Shown here: positions 12,906 through 26,339 of the stretch, piece by piece
How positions within the stretch are numbered: position 1 is the stretch's first letter
Layout of the letters: the number at the start of each line of letters is the position of its first letter
Assembly (NCBI GenBank): GCA_951406725.2
Contig: OX597829.1
Span: 31,806,001 to 31,870,000 of the forward strand
From: Octopus vulgaris
Taxonomy: Eukaryota
Length of the DNA: 64,000 bases
Direction: 5' to 3'
Position numbers and translations under genes: made by a program
The notes under the pieces: model-generated
Seen by the model: only the letters and a program-made list of their open reading frames with translations
Databases searched by the model: none
What the model was told of the DNA's origin: nothing

Positions 12906-13319
12906 ACACATTAACATTTCGGGTATCTTTCGTTAGGTGACTGCAAATCAAAAAAATACTCACTACATTTGTGAACAGTTGTACATTTTATATATATATA
13001 TGCACATGCATGCATATTACTCTATAATATGGCATTAGAAGCTAGTGTTAGCTTTCATACACCTTGCATTAAACATTAACTACAAAACAATTATGCAGTG
13101 ACAGAAAAGCAATATTAGCCATTGACTAATAATATTTTAGGTCTTTTTGCAAGTGCAGGAGACAACTCGGTGCAACAAATTTCACTATACTCGTAAAAGT
13201 ATTGATGAGAGAATCACTAAGTAAACGTACAATAACGTACACTAATTAGTAAAGAAAACCAGAAATGATCTGAAAAGTTACTCTCAGATGCCAGCTGGGG
13301 GGGGGGGGAACACATAGTT

Positions 13320-13510
13320 ATCACCATCAATTAATGTTCATTTTCCATGTTGTCATGGGTTGGATGGCTTGATTGGATTCAGTAAGCCCCACTGTGCTCC
13401 AATGTCAGCTTTGGCAAGGCTTTTATGGCTGGATGCCCTTCCTAATCCGAACCACTGTACAGTGCGATAAGCAACTTTTTACATGCCACCCACACTAGTG
13501 TGGCTGTCAA
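13320..13510 (-). mobile_element. Old RTE tail fragment
   Basis: ttttccatgttgtcatgggttggatgg...ggctggatgcccttcctaat. Confidence 0.65.
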
Positions 13511-13697
13511 GTAACTAGCAAGACAAGAAAAGCCTCCTTAGCTAAATGGTGGAGAGAAGTGGTTTTATGCCAGGTGTTTGTAGGGTTAAAGCATGATAGG
13601 TCAAGCATAGGTGTCTTGCTATATTGAAGATACATGGTTACTCCACAGGGAACAATAAATCACTAATACATACATACTCACACACATATATTCTTTT

Positions 13698-14050
13698 AAA
13701 TGTTTCAGTCATTTGACTGCAGCCATGCTAGAGCACCACCTTGAAGGGTTTCAGTTAAAGAAATTAACCCCAAGACTTATTCTTTGTAAGCCTAGTACTT
13801 ATTCTATTGGTATCTTTTGCCAAACTGCTAAGTTACAGGGGACTTAAATACACCAGCATCAGTTGTCAAGTGATAGTGGGAGGACAAACACACATAAATA
13901 CACACACACACACGACAGGCTTCTCTCAGTTTCCATCTACCAAATCCACAAGGCTTTGGTTGGCCTGAGGCTATAGTAGAAGACACTTACCCAAGGTGCC
14001 ACAGTGGTACTGAACCCAAGACAAGGTGCTTGGTCCTACCACACAAGCAC
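13698..14050 (-). mobile_element. tRNA-derived SINE (family A)
   Basis: Reverse-complement match to 3234-3655. Confidence 0.8.
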
Positions 14051-14284
14051 ACATATCACCCTATTGTTCCACAGGTAACTGTTTTCCAAATATTTAAACC
14101 CAAGAGCAATTTTAGATTCAGGACCAAATAAATCCAAAAGAAACAAAACATAGGCATCTATACAACATTTATAGACTTTACAATAATCTTTGATGAAGTC
14201 AGCAATAAAAGACTTAAATTATTTTATTGGTTTGCTATGAAAGAAGGAATTATGTCTCCATGATCTTCACAGACTCTAATACTA

Positions 14285-14990
14285 GTGGGAGTGACACAGC
14301 ATTACTCTCAAGCATTTTCAAGCCAATACCCACAGGTAAGACATGCAGGCTTCAAGTTTTCAAGTTACCCATCATCAGCCAATTCCACAGAGAACTTCAT
14401 TGCTAGTAGTTCAAGTGAAGCTGTAGCCTTGTGCCATCTGTTTCTTGGGTGGGAGGTTAAAATTTTTATTTTGTGCCATTCTTGTAGAGAAAAAAATCAT
14501 GGAATTACCTCGCTCTTCTGAAGTTGACAAGATGCTTGTATATGGTTATTTTTTAATCTTCCCTGCAGTGCTTGGTCTGTTTCCTGAAGCAAGTGCTTAG
14601 CCTCAAGTACACTTACCACCTCTCCACTCATGAATACAACATAAAAGAAAGTCAATGTTTGTAGCATCCACAGAGTGGCAGATGTCAGACGTTGCTTAAG
14701 TATAACTATACATATCTGCTTTAGGCTCCCTCACTCCAGATATTCTATAAGGGTTTCCTCCCAAAGCCTTTTGTGAACACTTAATAAATTACCCCCACAA
14801 GGAAACACGGGTTTACTTTTATAGTGAGCATGGTTTGTGCAGAGCCAATCCCATTCTTTCATTCTTCAAACTTGTATTGGACTTGAGCAACAAGTGCTAT
14901 GAGCCCAGTAATTATCAGCAGTAGGATTTATATGGAGTTACCTTCTCTTAGATGAGCAGTTTAACAGAACCTCATCCACCTTGGATCCAC
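14285..14990 (-). mobile_element. Highly degenerate non-LTR retrotransposon remnant, possibly Hero/RLE-type
   Basis: Minus-strand fragments EGA*SRY, QRLTSATLWML and KHLLQETDQALQGR resemble, in order, the QGAWTRW / RKITW..LW.M / HILS.C..AL.QGR motifs I recall from Hero-clade ORFs. Confidence 0.35.
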
Positions 14991-16619
14991 GAGGATGTAT
15001 GTGAATAATCTTTTTCATACATAAGCATAAAAAAACTATTTCACAAATCACCTCCACAAAAAAAACCTATTGTATACTCACAAATTTTAAAAAAGAAAAC
15101 TTTATGCACGATATTACATTTAATAAGGATATCAACAATTGCTTGGCAAAATCCAGCAGTTCTTTTGCTGACACTAAGATTATTTCGTTAACCATATTTC
15201 TGTTGGAAAATAACAGAATTTAGTGAAATAACTGTCATAATTAAAGCTGGTGTTTGGGACAAATTAACATAAAATTATAATACAAAGTTTATATCATGGA
15301 ACCAGAGGTGCTCTTAGGCTGGCTGGTATCAAAAGGCTTAATATAAAATAAACGTTCTTGAACACAAAAGTCCAACTTTTTATCTAATCATTTCATTCTT
15401 TTTCTGCAATATGCAATGTCATCAGATCAGAATGTACCTCATCATTAATCATGGGGACTTCAAGTTCCCATGATTAAGTGATCAAAAATAAAACTCATAT
15501 AGTGACATACTGTCCAGTTGCAATTGTTAATATGTAACCGATTAAAGGAGCTCTTAAACAACCAGTTATTATGCAAAGCGGTTAAGTTTAGGATGCAAAC
15601 TAGTACAAAGACTATTTCTAAAAGCAGTAGCAGTTTGGTATAATCCCTATGGCTGCAACAGGCAAGTTCACAGATTTTAAATACTTGAAGCTAATCAGAT
15701 AGATCATAGTAGCAGAAAGGAAGGAAGGAGCATCCAACAAAATGAAGTATTGAGTATAGAGATGATGCTAAAGTGTGTTTGTATGAGATCAGTGATTTGA
15801 ACATGAAAAGTATTAATCTATATATATATATATATATATATAGGAAGGATACATGCAGCAGGTCAACAGCACAAACAGAATGTAATACCACTGAGAGTAA
15901 TAACAGAAAGATGACTGCGATGAAGGTAGACTAGGAAAGATATGGTAAGAATTAGTTAAGACCCTACACTGAAGATGATGGGTGTTACAGATGGCTAAGT
16001 TTAGAGCTGCCATATTATAAGATTATATACCTCTCCAACCCATATCAGAACAGTTGAGAACTTATGTTTATACTATACCTTAAACCAGTTCAACCATACT
16101 AGCACAAAGGGGGGAAAAAGAAAAATTTTTAAACAATAATCATTTACCAAAGAATGTTATTGCAAATCTTTGACAGTGAATGAAATATGTATGGCCATAG
16201 TAGAATGGCTAAAACCAGAAGAATACAAAGATTAAGATTGAACGAATTTTCTAATTATTTCTCAGTTAAAAGATATATTTGAAAAATTTAACTTTTGAAT
16301 CACTAAAAAAAGATAGTTTCAAAAAAAAAATAAAATAAAACAACTATGAAAGTTAAAAATAGGGGAAGATTAAAAAAAATTATATATATATAAATATATA
16401 TGTATGTATACATGAAACAAAAGGAATATTAGTAAAATAGTATTTTATTGAATAAGAGTTCACGATGAACAGACATGGTTTGCGAAGGCAAACCATAAAG
16501 TTTATCGCATTTCAAGATGGTTTAACAATGAAATCAAAAGAAAAAAAAAATTCAGAGAATTAAACCAGAAAAGAGATGGCAAGAAGGAATAAAATCCTTG
16601 TACACACACAATTATATTT

Positions 16620-16788
16620 ATATATATATATACATGTGAATAAACATGTGTATATGTAGAGGCATACATATAATATAGACATATATATATATATATATAT
16701 ATATACATACCTATGTATATATACATACACATTTACATGTGTATATAAACACACATGCATATATACACATACATACATACACACACAC

Positions 16789-16823
<35 letters not shown>

Positions 16824-17455
16824 CACACATGCATACATATATATACACATACATGCATACATATATATATACACACATACATATATATATATATATATAC
16901 ACACATACATATACATATATATACACACATACATATATATATACACATATATATATATACACACATACATATATATATACACATATATATATATACACAC
17001 ATATATATATATACACACATATACATATACACACATATATATACATATATACAAGCATACATATATACATACATACAAACATACAAGCATACATATATAC
17101 ATACATATACATATACACATACATATATATATATACACATATATATACACATACATATATATATACACATACATATATATATACACATACATATATATAT
17201 ACACATACATATACACACATATATACACACACATATATATACACACATATACACACATACATATACACACATATATATACACACATATATATATACACAT
17301 ATATATACATATACACATACATACATATACACATACATATACATATACATACATATATATATACATACATATATATATACATACATATATACATACATAT
17401 ATATATATCTACATACATACATACAAGCATACATATATATATACATACATACATA
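16620..17455. repeat. Compound (TA/CA) microsatellite, about 0.8 kb
   Basis: Imperfect TA/CA array; source of the long YI/HT/CV ORFs. Confidence 0.97.
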
Positions 17456-17690
17456 TAAAGGCTTGGCCAAAAGTCACTCAACAGTAAATCAAAATTCCAT
17501 AAATGCTTAATGTTCAATTTCATTTATTCATTCCAATTATGAATGTTTAATAACTGAATGCTGTGAGTTAAAATCACTATCTTTTTTTCAACATTTGTCT
17601 ATTTATTAGTGAAGTCTCACATAAAATAATTTTAACCTTAGAACTAAATGGGTTTTGATTTACCGTCAGTGACTTTTGGCCAACCCTATA
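17456..17690. mobile_element. Tc1/mariner-type MITE
   Basis: TIRs ttggccaaaagtcactcaacagtaaatcaaaa / ttttgatttaccgtcagtgacttttggccaa, flanked by TA. Confidence 0.8.
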
Positions 17691-20600
17691 TATATGTACA
17701 TACATATACACACACAAATACATACAAACATACATCTATAAGTGCACAAAATGTACAATTATAGATACACATACACACATTTAATACAAATTATTACTGT
17801 TAAACTTGCTTTCAATCAACCGACTGAATACTCTAAATGTTGACTTAATGCAAATATACTTAATTTATATAGCTGTGTACACTCACAAAAACACACCATC
17901 CATGCGCACACACACACTTCCTAAATATCTTATTTACAGCTGCATAGTTAATAATTTAAAAGAAATGCATATTACCATGTTTATATAAAAATTCAAACAG
18001 CATGTAGTATAATAATGTAAAATTTCTTTTTATATATATATATATATATTTAGCCCTATAAATAATATTAATTAGTATATAAAAAAAAATATTTGTAAAT
18101 AAATTTAAAAGCATACATTATAGAAAGTTTTATTCATTGTCAAAAACAAGTTCTAAAATATATCTATGTCAAAGAAATATATTAAAATATAAAGAAAAAA
18201 GGAGACCCCCACCCACCAAAAACAAACAAAAAACAAAAAAGTTATCAATGAATTATCCCATTGAAGAAAGTTATGATTGTTTGTGTTTAACATACTAAGT
18301 TCATCCTTTCTGCTTCTATTTCATACACTATGTTTGTATTTGGTATATTCTCCGATATCTTTTTGCGAAAAAGCTCTATTTTCACACATTGACATGTCCT
18401 GCTAGGTTCAAACTAAAAGCTTTCATTTCTAACATTGTACAATAGCAAAACAATGTCAAATTTGATGTTCTCAAATCCAGTACAGATGATTGTTTTGTGA
18501 AGCATAACCTTTCTGAATGCATTTTAAAAACAAATGTTCCATCTTAGCTCATCCAATTTGGATTTCCAATTTTCTGGCTGACTTCTCTATGGAGAAGATG
18601 ATTGTGATGTAAAAGTAAGAGATTCACTTGATGGTGGTGGTGGTGGTGGAACTGGCCTCTTGTTTATCAACATTTCTTCAAAAATTAGCAAGTTGAATTT
18701 AGTACATCTTAAGAAGGAGGAGGAAATGAGAGGAAATCCTAAAATCAAAATAGAACTTTTTTTTTTTTTCTGATCAAAATTTTCTAAAAGTCAAGAACAG
18801 CAAAACATATTTGGTGCAAACATGGAAATCTCAAACAAGTAGAAAGGGGGAGGGGAGGGGAACAACAGAAAAAAAAAATCCATAGCACAATATGGCTTGT
18901 GTCAATGACAGCAAAACATTTTTACAGCCATAATTCCAACAAGAATAGACTGGAGTGGTTTTAGTAAAATAACTAACATTTTTATTTATTTATATTAAAA
19001 TGTTGCTTAGAAACAAAAAAAAAAAAAAAACCTGGTCATTTATGTTAGTATTCATGTAACAATTTCAATCAAAATGTTAATTTAAATACAAACAAGCAGA
19101 TTGGGTAGCACAGAACTAGGGACAGACTCCAGTAAGATGTTATTGAAGGAGTTTTATATATTGCCAAATTTGTGAATAAAAGAATAAAGAATATACAAAG
19201 CTTGTGTTAGAAATAAAGGGCATCTGATGATGGTCAGAGAATATACATTTTATTAGGAGCTGAAGCTTCTTGAATCCAAACTAAGTTTCATGATTCTGAA
19301 TTGTTTAAACAACTGAAAAAGGTTGGCAGCATGTCAACATATAAGCAAAACTATTCAAATATATAACATATGATTGGTTAACTGTACAAAGATATGTTTG
19401 GACAGTGAAGAGGTAAAGCATCTTTCTGAGTAGCTGAGTGTTCACAGGTTCTAAAAATTCATTTTCTTTATTATCAGTAAGCCTGTTTTGTTTTACTGTA
19501 AACTGCAAGTGAGACCTTAGCTTAATAAATTCATGCTTTAGAAAAGTCACATACCATTGAGGGGACAAATATTAGGGTTGTTGCAATTATGCAAAGAAGA
19601 GTTTGTTTGTTTGTTCATACCAGAGAGGCTTCATGTTTTTACTAACTATGAAACTAACAAAAATTTTTGGAGCAATTGGCACTCACCTAAATGTTATTTT
19701 ATTGAAGACATACTACAGTCATAGGAGAAATATTTATAAAATTCAGGAAAATTCAAATAGTAGAACAAATTTTTAAACTATAGAGAGGAGTGTGTCCTAA
19801 AATCTTTTGCCCACCCCCTTTTTTTTCCATTTATATTCTTCAATATATAATGTAAACTAACTGTGAAGCTTTTCTTTTAATGCATTACAGTACTAACAAT
19901 CATGCATGAACAAAGGATTACGAGAGGATAAGTCCTAACTGATGTTATTTATATTTTTTAGAATCACTGGAAGATATTATAGGAATTCATAATGTTTATA
20001 TTTTAACATCCACTTTACTATACAAGCAGTATTTACAGATAACTAAATCTAAAGTTGTACCTAAGAAATTAACTGTACATGGATTTGTATAGCTGTAATT
20101 TTAACATCTGTATGAAAGTGTTGATGAATTCCTTCCTAACAGTATCTGTTGTCTGGTCATTTATATATCACAAAATGAATATTCTATTATCATGGTTAAA
20201 ACTGAACTATGTAATGTAGAATCACTTCCAAAGTGAGTTCAAAATATACAAACTGCATTTATTTATGAAATAGTTCTTCACATTTAACCCTGTAAAAACT
20301 TGTGTAATAGCAAAGATTTCCTAATGTCCACAATAAGATTCATATTAGACTTATTAATTGGAATAAAACCCTCTACTAAATTCCTAAAGCATTCTGATGA
20401 AGAGATTTGGTTATAGACGGATAGTGCTATGTCAAACTGCATTAAGTCACAAAAGAGCTTACTTTTGATATTAAAGGTCCAGTTGACAGGCACACTATTC
20501 CTTAAGGGAAGAGAAGCGACTGAAGTGATGTTGAAAATGATGGAATGCAAAACATTTTTACTGACAGCATTTATTTCATTGTAGCAAGATTTATTAATCA

Positions 20601-21237
20601 GTGTTCGGGATTGGCAAGAAAATTAATGATTGTATTTATTAGTTTTAAATTGTTAAAACTTTGTGCAAAATATCTTGAAAGTTATTTGATTAAAAAAAAA
20701 AGAAAGAAAAGGCTTACTCTTTTGCTCAAATGTTACAGTCAGACTCAGACAATTCCAGTTCTTCTGTTGCAATTAGACATCCAAAACCAAACTGTTTTCT
20801 TTCACATATGACACCAAAGAGATGAAAATACATCTCTCTGTCTCACATTTCATCTAATGGATGTTTTCAGCAACCAATCAAAGCTTCATGTGGTTCTAAA
20901 TATTATTGCTCATATATTGTTTACTGTTGTGCTGCTTGTCTTCAATTATTTGAATAACCAGCAAAGTGAAACCTACGTACAATTCAAGAAGCTTTACCTT
21001 CTAATAAAATATACACATCACCTTATTAATTGCTAGCAAGGACACAGTATTTCATTTTGCAACCATAATATACTACCAAGTATATTAAAGGCTTACAAGT
21101 CAATGGTGTGCCTTCCCTTTGTGTTAGCAGTGCGAAGTTCTCATTTTCAAGCAGAGACAAACATCACTTTGTACTGAGACCCCTATGTCCTTTATAAACA
21201 CTCATCATATACATACGCATGTGTGTGTGTATATATG

Positions 21238-21273
<36 letters not shown>

Positions 21274-22166
21274 TATATTCTGATATCATGCATCACTTCT
21301 TAACATAACTCAGATTACACATACACATCAAAAAAGGAGGCACAGTAAAGTGCTATATCAACCACATTCAGGCTCAGCAGTGAACTTCACAATTCATTCT
21401 ATTATCCAGTATGGAAAGATACATGGCATCAAACTCAGGATACGCTAGAATGTGAAGTATGAGCCAAAAAAAAAAAAAAAATAGGAGTGGGGAGGACACA
21501 GAAAACAGGCATTGTAGTCAAAGCTTTATGGGATTACACGTATTTCACCAAAATGCTGAGATAACTACATAACAATGTAGAAACATTATACTCTCATGCA
21601 ATTTCCATCATCAGTGTTCCACCATAAACACAATCTATGTTGAAGCACCAAATATATATATATATATATATACCTTTTTCTTGCCAGGCAACTGATTAAA
21701 CCTTGCAAGTTAAATAAATAGCAAACAAAGAATCACACCAAGGAAGTTCAAACCACACCTATGCCTCTTTGATTGAGAGAGAGAGAGAGAGAGAGAGAGA
21801 AGAAGCTAATAGAATTATCAAAAGAAGGTAGAGTAACTGATAGCAAGATGTCAGGTCGTAAATCAGTTAGGAGCAAACAGAAATAAATAAATACATGTCT
21901 GATACAAAGGACATAAAAGCATGAACAAACAGACTCAAGTGCAAAATTCACACACACACACACTCAAACTTACATATATTATACATAGTCAGCACATGCA
22001 TACACTGACAAGAACATATACACACCAACATACATATCTAGATAATATGCGTCCATACATACATATAAGTAGAAACAGTACACCTATGCACTGGTATATA
22101 TACATACTCACATATACATACGTAATTATACATTTACAAATTATATATATATATATATATATAAAT

Positions 22167-22470
22167 CACCATCATCATTTAACATCTGCTTTCCATGCTG
22201 GCATAGGTCGGACGGTTTGACAGGAGCTGGCAAGCAGAAAACTGCACCACACTTCATGGTCGGTTTTGGCATGGTTTTTATGATTGGATGCCCTTCCTGA
22301 AACCAACCACTCCACAGAGTGGACACAGTGCTTTTAACGTGGCACAGGTGAGGTAAGTTTTGGTATGGTTTTTTTTACAGCTGGACGATCTTCTAAACAC
22401 CAACCACTTTACAGTGTGGACTGGAGGCTTTTTACGTGGCACAAGCACTGGCAGAGTCACCAAGTAACTT
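22167..22470 (-). mobile_element. RTE tail fragments with internal duplication
   Basis: catcatcatttaacatctgctttccatgc..., two copies of the ggatg..cttc.taa..ccaaccact segment. Confidence 0.65.
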
Positions 22471-23502
22471 GCAAGACAAAGATCCATTAAGAGGGGAGGG
22501 GGCATTGGAGGAGGTGATTTCATATCAGAGGATGAAAGGTTATAGTGAGACAGAAATAGGTGTCATGCTGTAGAGGAGATACATGATTACCTGGTGAGAA
22601 AGAGAGTGAGCAGTGATCTAGATTAAGGCTAGTAATAGCTGTGTTGCTGTAGTGGAGATACATGGTTAACCAGTCAGAGGGAGAGTGCAAGAGAGCAGGA
22701 GATAGATGGTGAAGCACCTGGACATGCTCACAAGGAACAAGGATCAGAATATAACTGGTAGAGTATTGCCAAGGTGCATGAGTAGGGAAGTAGAAACTTC
22801 ACATAAATACAAAGTGTTGGGAAGGGTGGGGAGGTATGCAGTGACTGGTAAAACCCAGGCGCATACACATAAACATACATGTGTGTATGTATGTATACAC
22901 ACACACACATCACCATCATCCTTTAATGTCTGTTTTCCATGCGGGAATGTGTTGGACAGATGTGTGTATGTATGCATACATGTATGTATGTACACATACA
23001 CACACATAAAAAAAAATACCTAAAAGCATAAATGAGTAAAATAAAAAATACATAATATTGTGCATGTATACATATGTATATGGAGCCGCAAATGCAAAAT
23101 ATAAGTTAGTCTTAGAGCGCATAATGTTCCTGAAGGTCAGTAATGGTCTTCTTCGGTCACAAGTGGACGACCATCATGCCTATGCAAACAGAACCATATA
23201 TATGCATATACATGAAAAATATACACAAAAGGTGAGTGCATACAAATATACATGTAAATACACACATAACCACATGCACATTTACACACATTTGCAAAAA
23301 AAAAAAAAACACACGCATTAACACACAAACGCATAAGGCGCTATTATCAACATAAGCAAAATAAGGGGGAAAGGTATATACAGGTGCAGATGTGGCTGTG
23401 TGGCAAGAAGTTTGCTTCCCAACTGTTCTGGGCTCAGTCTCACTGCATGGCACCTTGGGCTGACCAAAGCTTTGTGAGTGCGTTTAGTAGACAGAAACTT
23501 AA

Positions 23503-23710
23503 AGCTGGCAGAAACGTTAGCACATTGGGCGAAATGCTTAACGGTATTTCGTCTGCCTTTATGTTCTGAGTTCAAATTCCACTAAGTTCGACTTGACCTT
23601 TCGTCCTTTTGGGGTTGATAAATTAAGTACCAGTTACGCACTTGGATTGATGTAATTGACTTCATCCCCTTGCCTGTCCTTGTTTGTCCCCTTGTGGGCA
23701 GTAAAGAAAT
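23503..23710 (+). mobile_element. SINE family C with Nin-like conserved domain
   Basis: gctggcagaaacgttagc...gagttcaaattcc...cctttcgtccttttggggttgataaattaagtaccag resembles the Nin domain; further copies at 40868-41010 and 44875-45050 (-). Confidence 0.65.
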
Positions 23711-23772
23711 AGGAAACTTAAAGAAACCCCATCATGTTTGTGTATGTGTGTGTGTCTGTGTGTGTATATATA

Positions 23773-24262
23773 GATGCAGGCAAGGCTGTGTGATAATAAG
23801 CTTGCTTCCCAACCACATGGTTCTGAGTTCAGTCCCACTGCACGGCACCTTGGGCAAGTGTCTTCTACTATAGCCTCAGGCTGACTAAAGCCTTGTGAGG
23901 GTATTTGATGTTTGTGTGTGTGTATATTTGTACCCCCATCACAGCTTGACAACTAGTGTTGGTGCGTTTACATCACCATAACTTAGCATTTCAGCAAAAG
24001 AGACTGATAGAATAAGTACTAGGCTTAAAAATAAGTCCTGAGGTCGATTTCTTCAACCAAAACCTTTTAGGACAATGCTCCGGCATGGCCAGTCAAAAGA
24101 CTGAAACAAGAATCTGTCCCCATCGCCACTTGACAACTGCTGTTGGTGTGTTTACATCCTCATAACCTAGCAATAGAATAAGTACTTGGCTTTGAAAAAA
24201 AAGTCCTGGGGTCAATTTGTTCAACTAGAAGCCCTTCTAGGTGGTGGTGAAACAAGTAAAAG
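23773..24262 (+). mobile_element. SINE family A plus duplicated 3' half
   Basis: Head and body 23773-24110; second partial 3' half 24115-24262. Confidence 0.75.
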
Positions 24263-25726
24263 ATTATATATATGATATACTCAGAAAGGCAGAAAGAGAT
24301 GAGAGGCCCAAACAGTAAATGAAAGGAGTTGAAATCAACATATAAGTGGTTGGACACCCACTCATGTTAGGGTGTAGTGGGGGTTTTTTGGTGTACAACA
24401 GCACATCATGGTCCAGGTTCTTTCTCAACCGATAGCATCAGAACCCTATTTTATTACATTTATTAAGGATGCCCTTACCATTGCCCAAATAATTTCTAAC
24501 CCTTTCCTGGTGCATAACCTACACAGCCACCTACCTCCCTGGTAAGGTACCACATACTCCAATCCCGACCAGTACATGTCATAACTAACTCTATATTATT
24601 GTTTAACATATGGTCAGATTTGGCTAATGAGGTAGAGTGCCTAAGTCTCAGATTGGAGGAGTGTTGTTTCATGAGATGAATAACGGTCCCTATGTAAAAC
24701 TTACTGCTATTATGTATAACCACCTCACATTTATATATTACATTCTATGTATGCATTGCCCTCGTAGGAGGACAGTTGCAGGGGTCAGGCAGCTACAACT
24801 GGGCAAAAGGGGCAGGGGTTCAGTTGTTGGTGGAGGGAACCTGCCAAAGTAAAGTGTCCACATTCACCCAAATCAGAGGAATTCTCTGAGTGCCAATCTG
24901 ATGGAATGTCTGATTCCACTTCAAGAACAGCCCCAGAAGTCAACATTCCACCAAAATCAGTGTGTACAAAATTCTTAGCAGCCTTTGCTCTTTTAGAGGT
25001 GGTTATAATACTTTCCACATGAAGAGTAGTAGAGAAGGACAGCTTAATGGTACTTCTGTTAAAGACACTAAGGTATCTATCATATGATAGGAAGGCAATT
25101 ACAAAGATCTATAGGATGTTCATTCTGACATTCAAGGAGAAAGAGCAGGCAACACCATATCACCTACTCCTTCCTTCTCCTCTTATCCTTAGGGTGGGTC
25201 ATACCCATCCCCTAGGGAGTGGGAAGAGATCCTTGATCGATCATCCAGCAGGCTTATTTCTGGGGGCTGCACCTCATATAGAAATAGGCCCAGAGACCAT
25301 TGACCCAACTATTCCATAACGGACAGGTCTAGGATTCCAGTGGGACCTGATGGACTATGCCACCCTCCTAGACATCTGACTGTCACAGTGTTGAGTAGGC
25401 AACCCCCACCATCCTATTGGGGTTGGCAGCAAGAGCTGATCTGCATTGGGGGGGGGGTACTATAGTGCCTAACAATCTCATCCCTAATACTACAAGGATT
25501 CTTAATGCTATCTTTATAACCTTCCCTCTCAAGAGCATATTATAGTATTTTGTATTACTGTAGAATATACAGCCATTGGTTTTGAAAGAGGTGTGGTAAT
25601 TGTTTGGACTTCCTTGATGTGATGCTTTGTCTGCTATTTATGTGACAAGCCAGGTTCAATCATTTGCATAATGAGGAAAAAGTATATATATCGAGAACTT
25701 CAACACAGATTGTTGCATAATGTTTC

Positions 25727-26230
25727 TATGAGGGTGAGTCAAAAAGTAATGCCATTTTGTTTAGGACAGGTATAATTACCAACACAAGAATATGTATCAT
25801 ACATCAAAATGAAGCTGGTCCTCTGTGGATCACATCCCTACTTCTTAACATAGTCACCGTTTCTCTCAATAGCAATGTTCCACCTTCGAATGAGAGCATA
25901 TATCTTTGCCCTGAAAATTCTGTTGACTGTTCTTTGAGCCACTTCTTCACTACAGTTTTTCACTGGAATAATGTTTGCCTCTCAAACCCTCTTTCATGGG
26001 ACCAAAGAGATGATAGTCCAGTGATGAGGAAGTGAAAAGTGGCTCAAAGAACAGTCAACAGAATTTTACGGGGCAGGGATACATGCTCTCATTTGAAGGT
26101 GGAACATGTTGAGAAGTAGGAATGTGATCCACAGAGGACCAGCTTCATTTTGATGTATGATACATGTTCCTGTGTTGGTAATTATACCTGTCCTAAATAA
26201 AATGGCATTACTTTTTGACTCACCCTTATA
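25727..26230. mobile_element. Mariner-derived foldback MITE with long inverted arms
   Basis: TA|TGAGGGTGAGTCAAAAAGTAATGCCATTTT...AAAATGGCATTACTTTTTGACTCACCCTTA|TA; arms of about 200 bp each carry a transposase C-terminus remnant (KWLKEQSTEF..ALIRRWNIAIERNGDYVKK*). Confidence 0.92.
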
Positions 26231-26339
26231 TACTGTTATATAATTATTTCAGCATTTTGCTGAAATACATGCATGTCCTATAAAGCTCTGGATACCACAA
26301 CCATGTTTTGCTTATTTTGTTCTACACACACACACACAC

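Noticed and set aside
16560-17523. 240-270 aa Y/I/C/V/H-rich ORFs
   Set aside because: Microsatellite translations, open in most frames on both strands.
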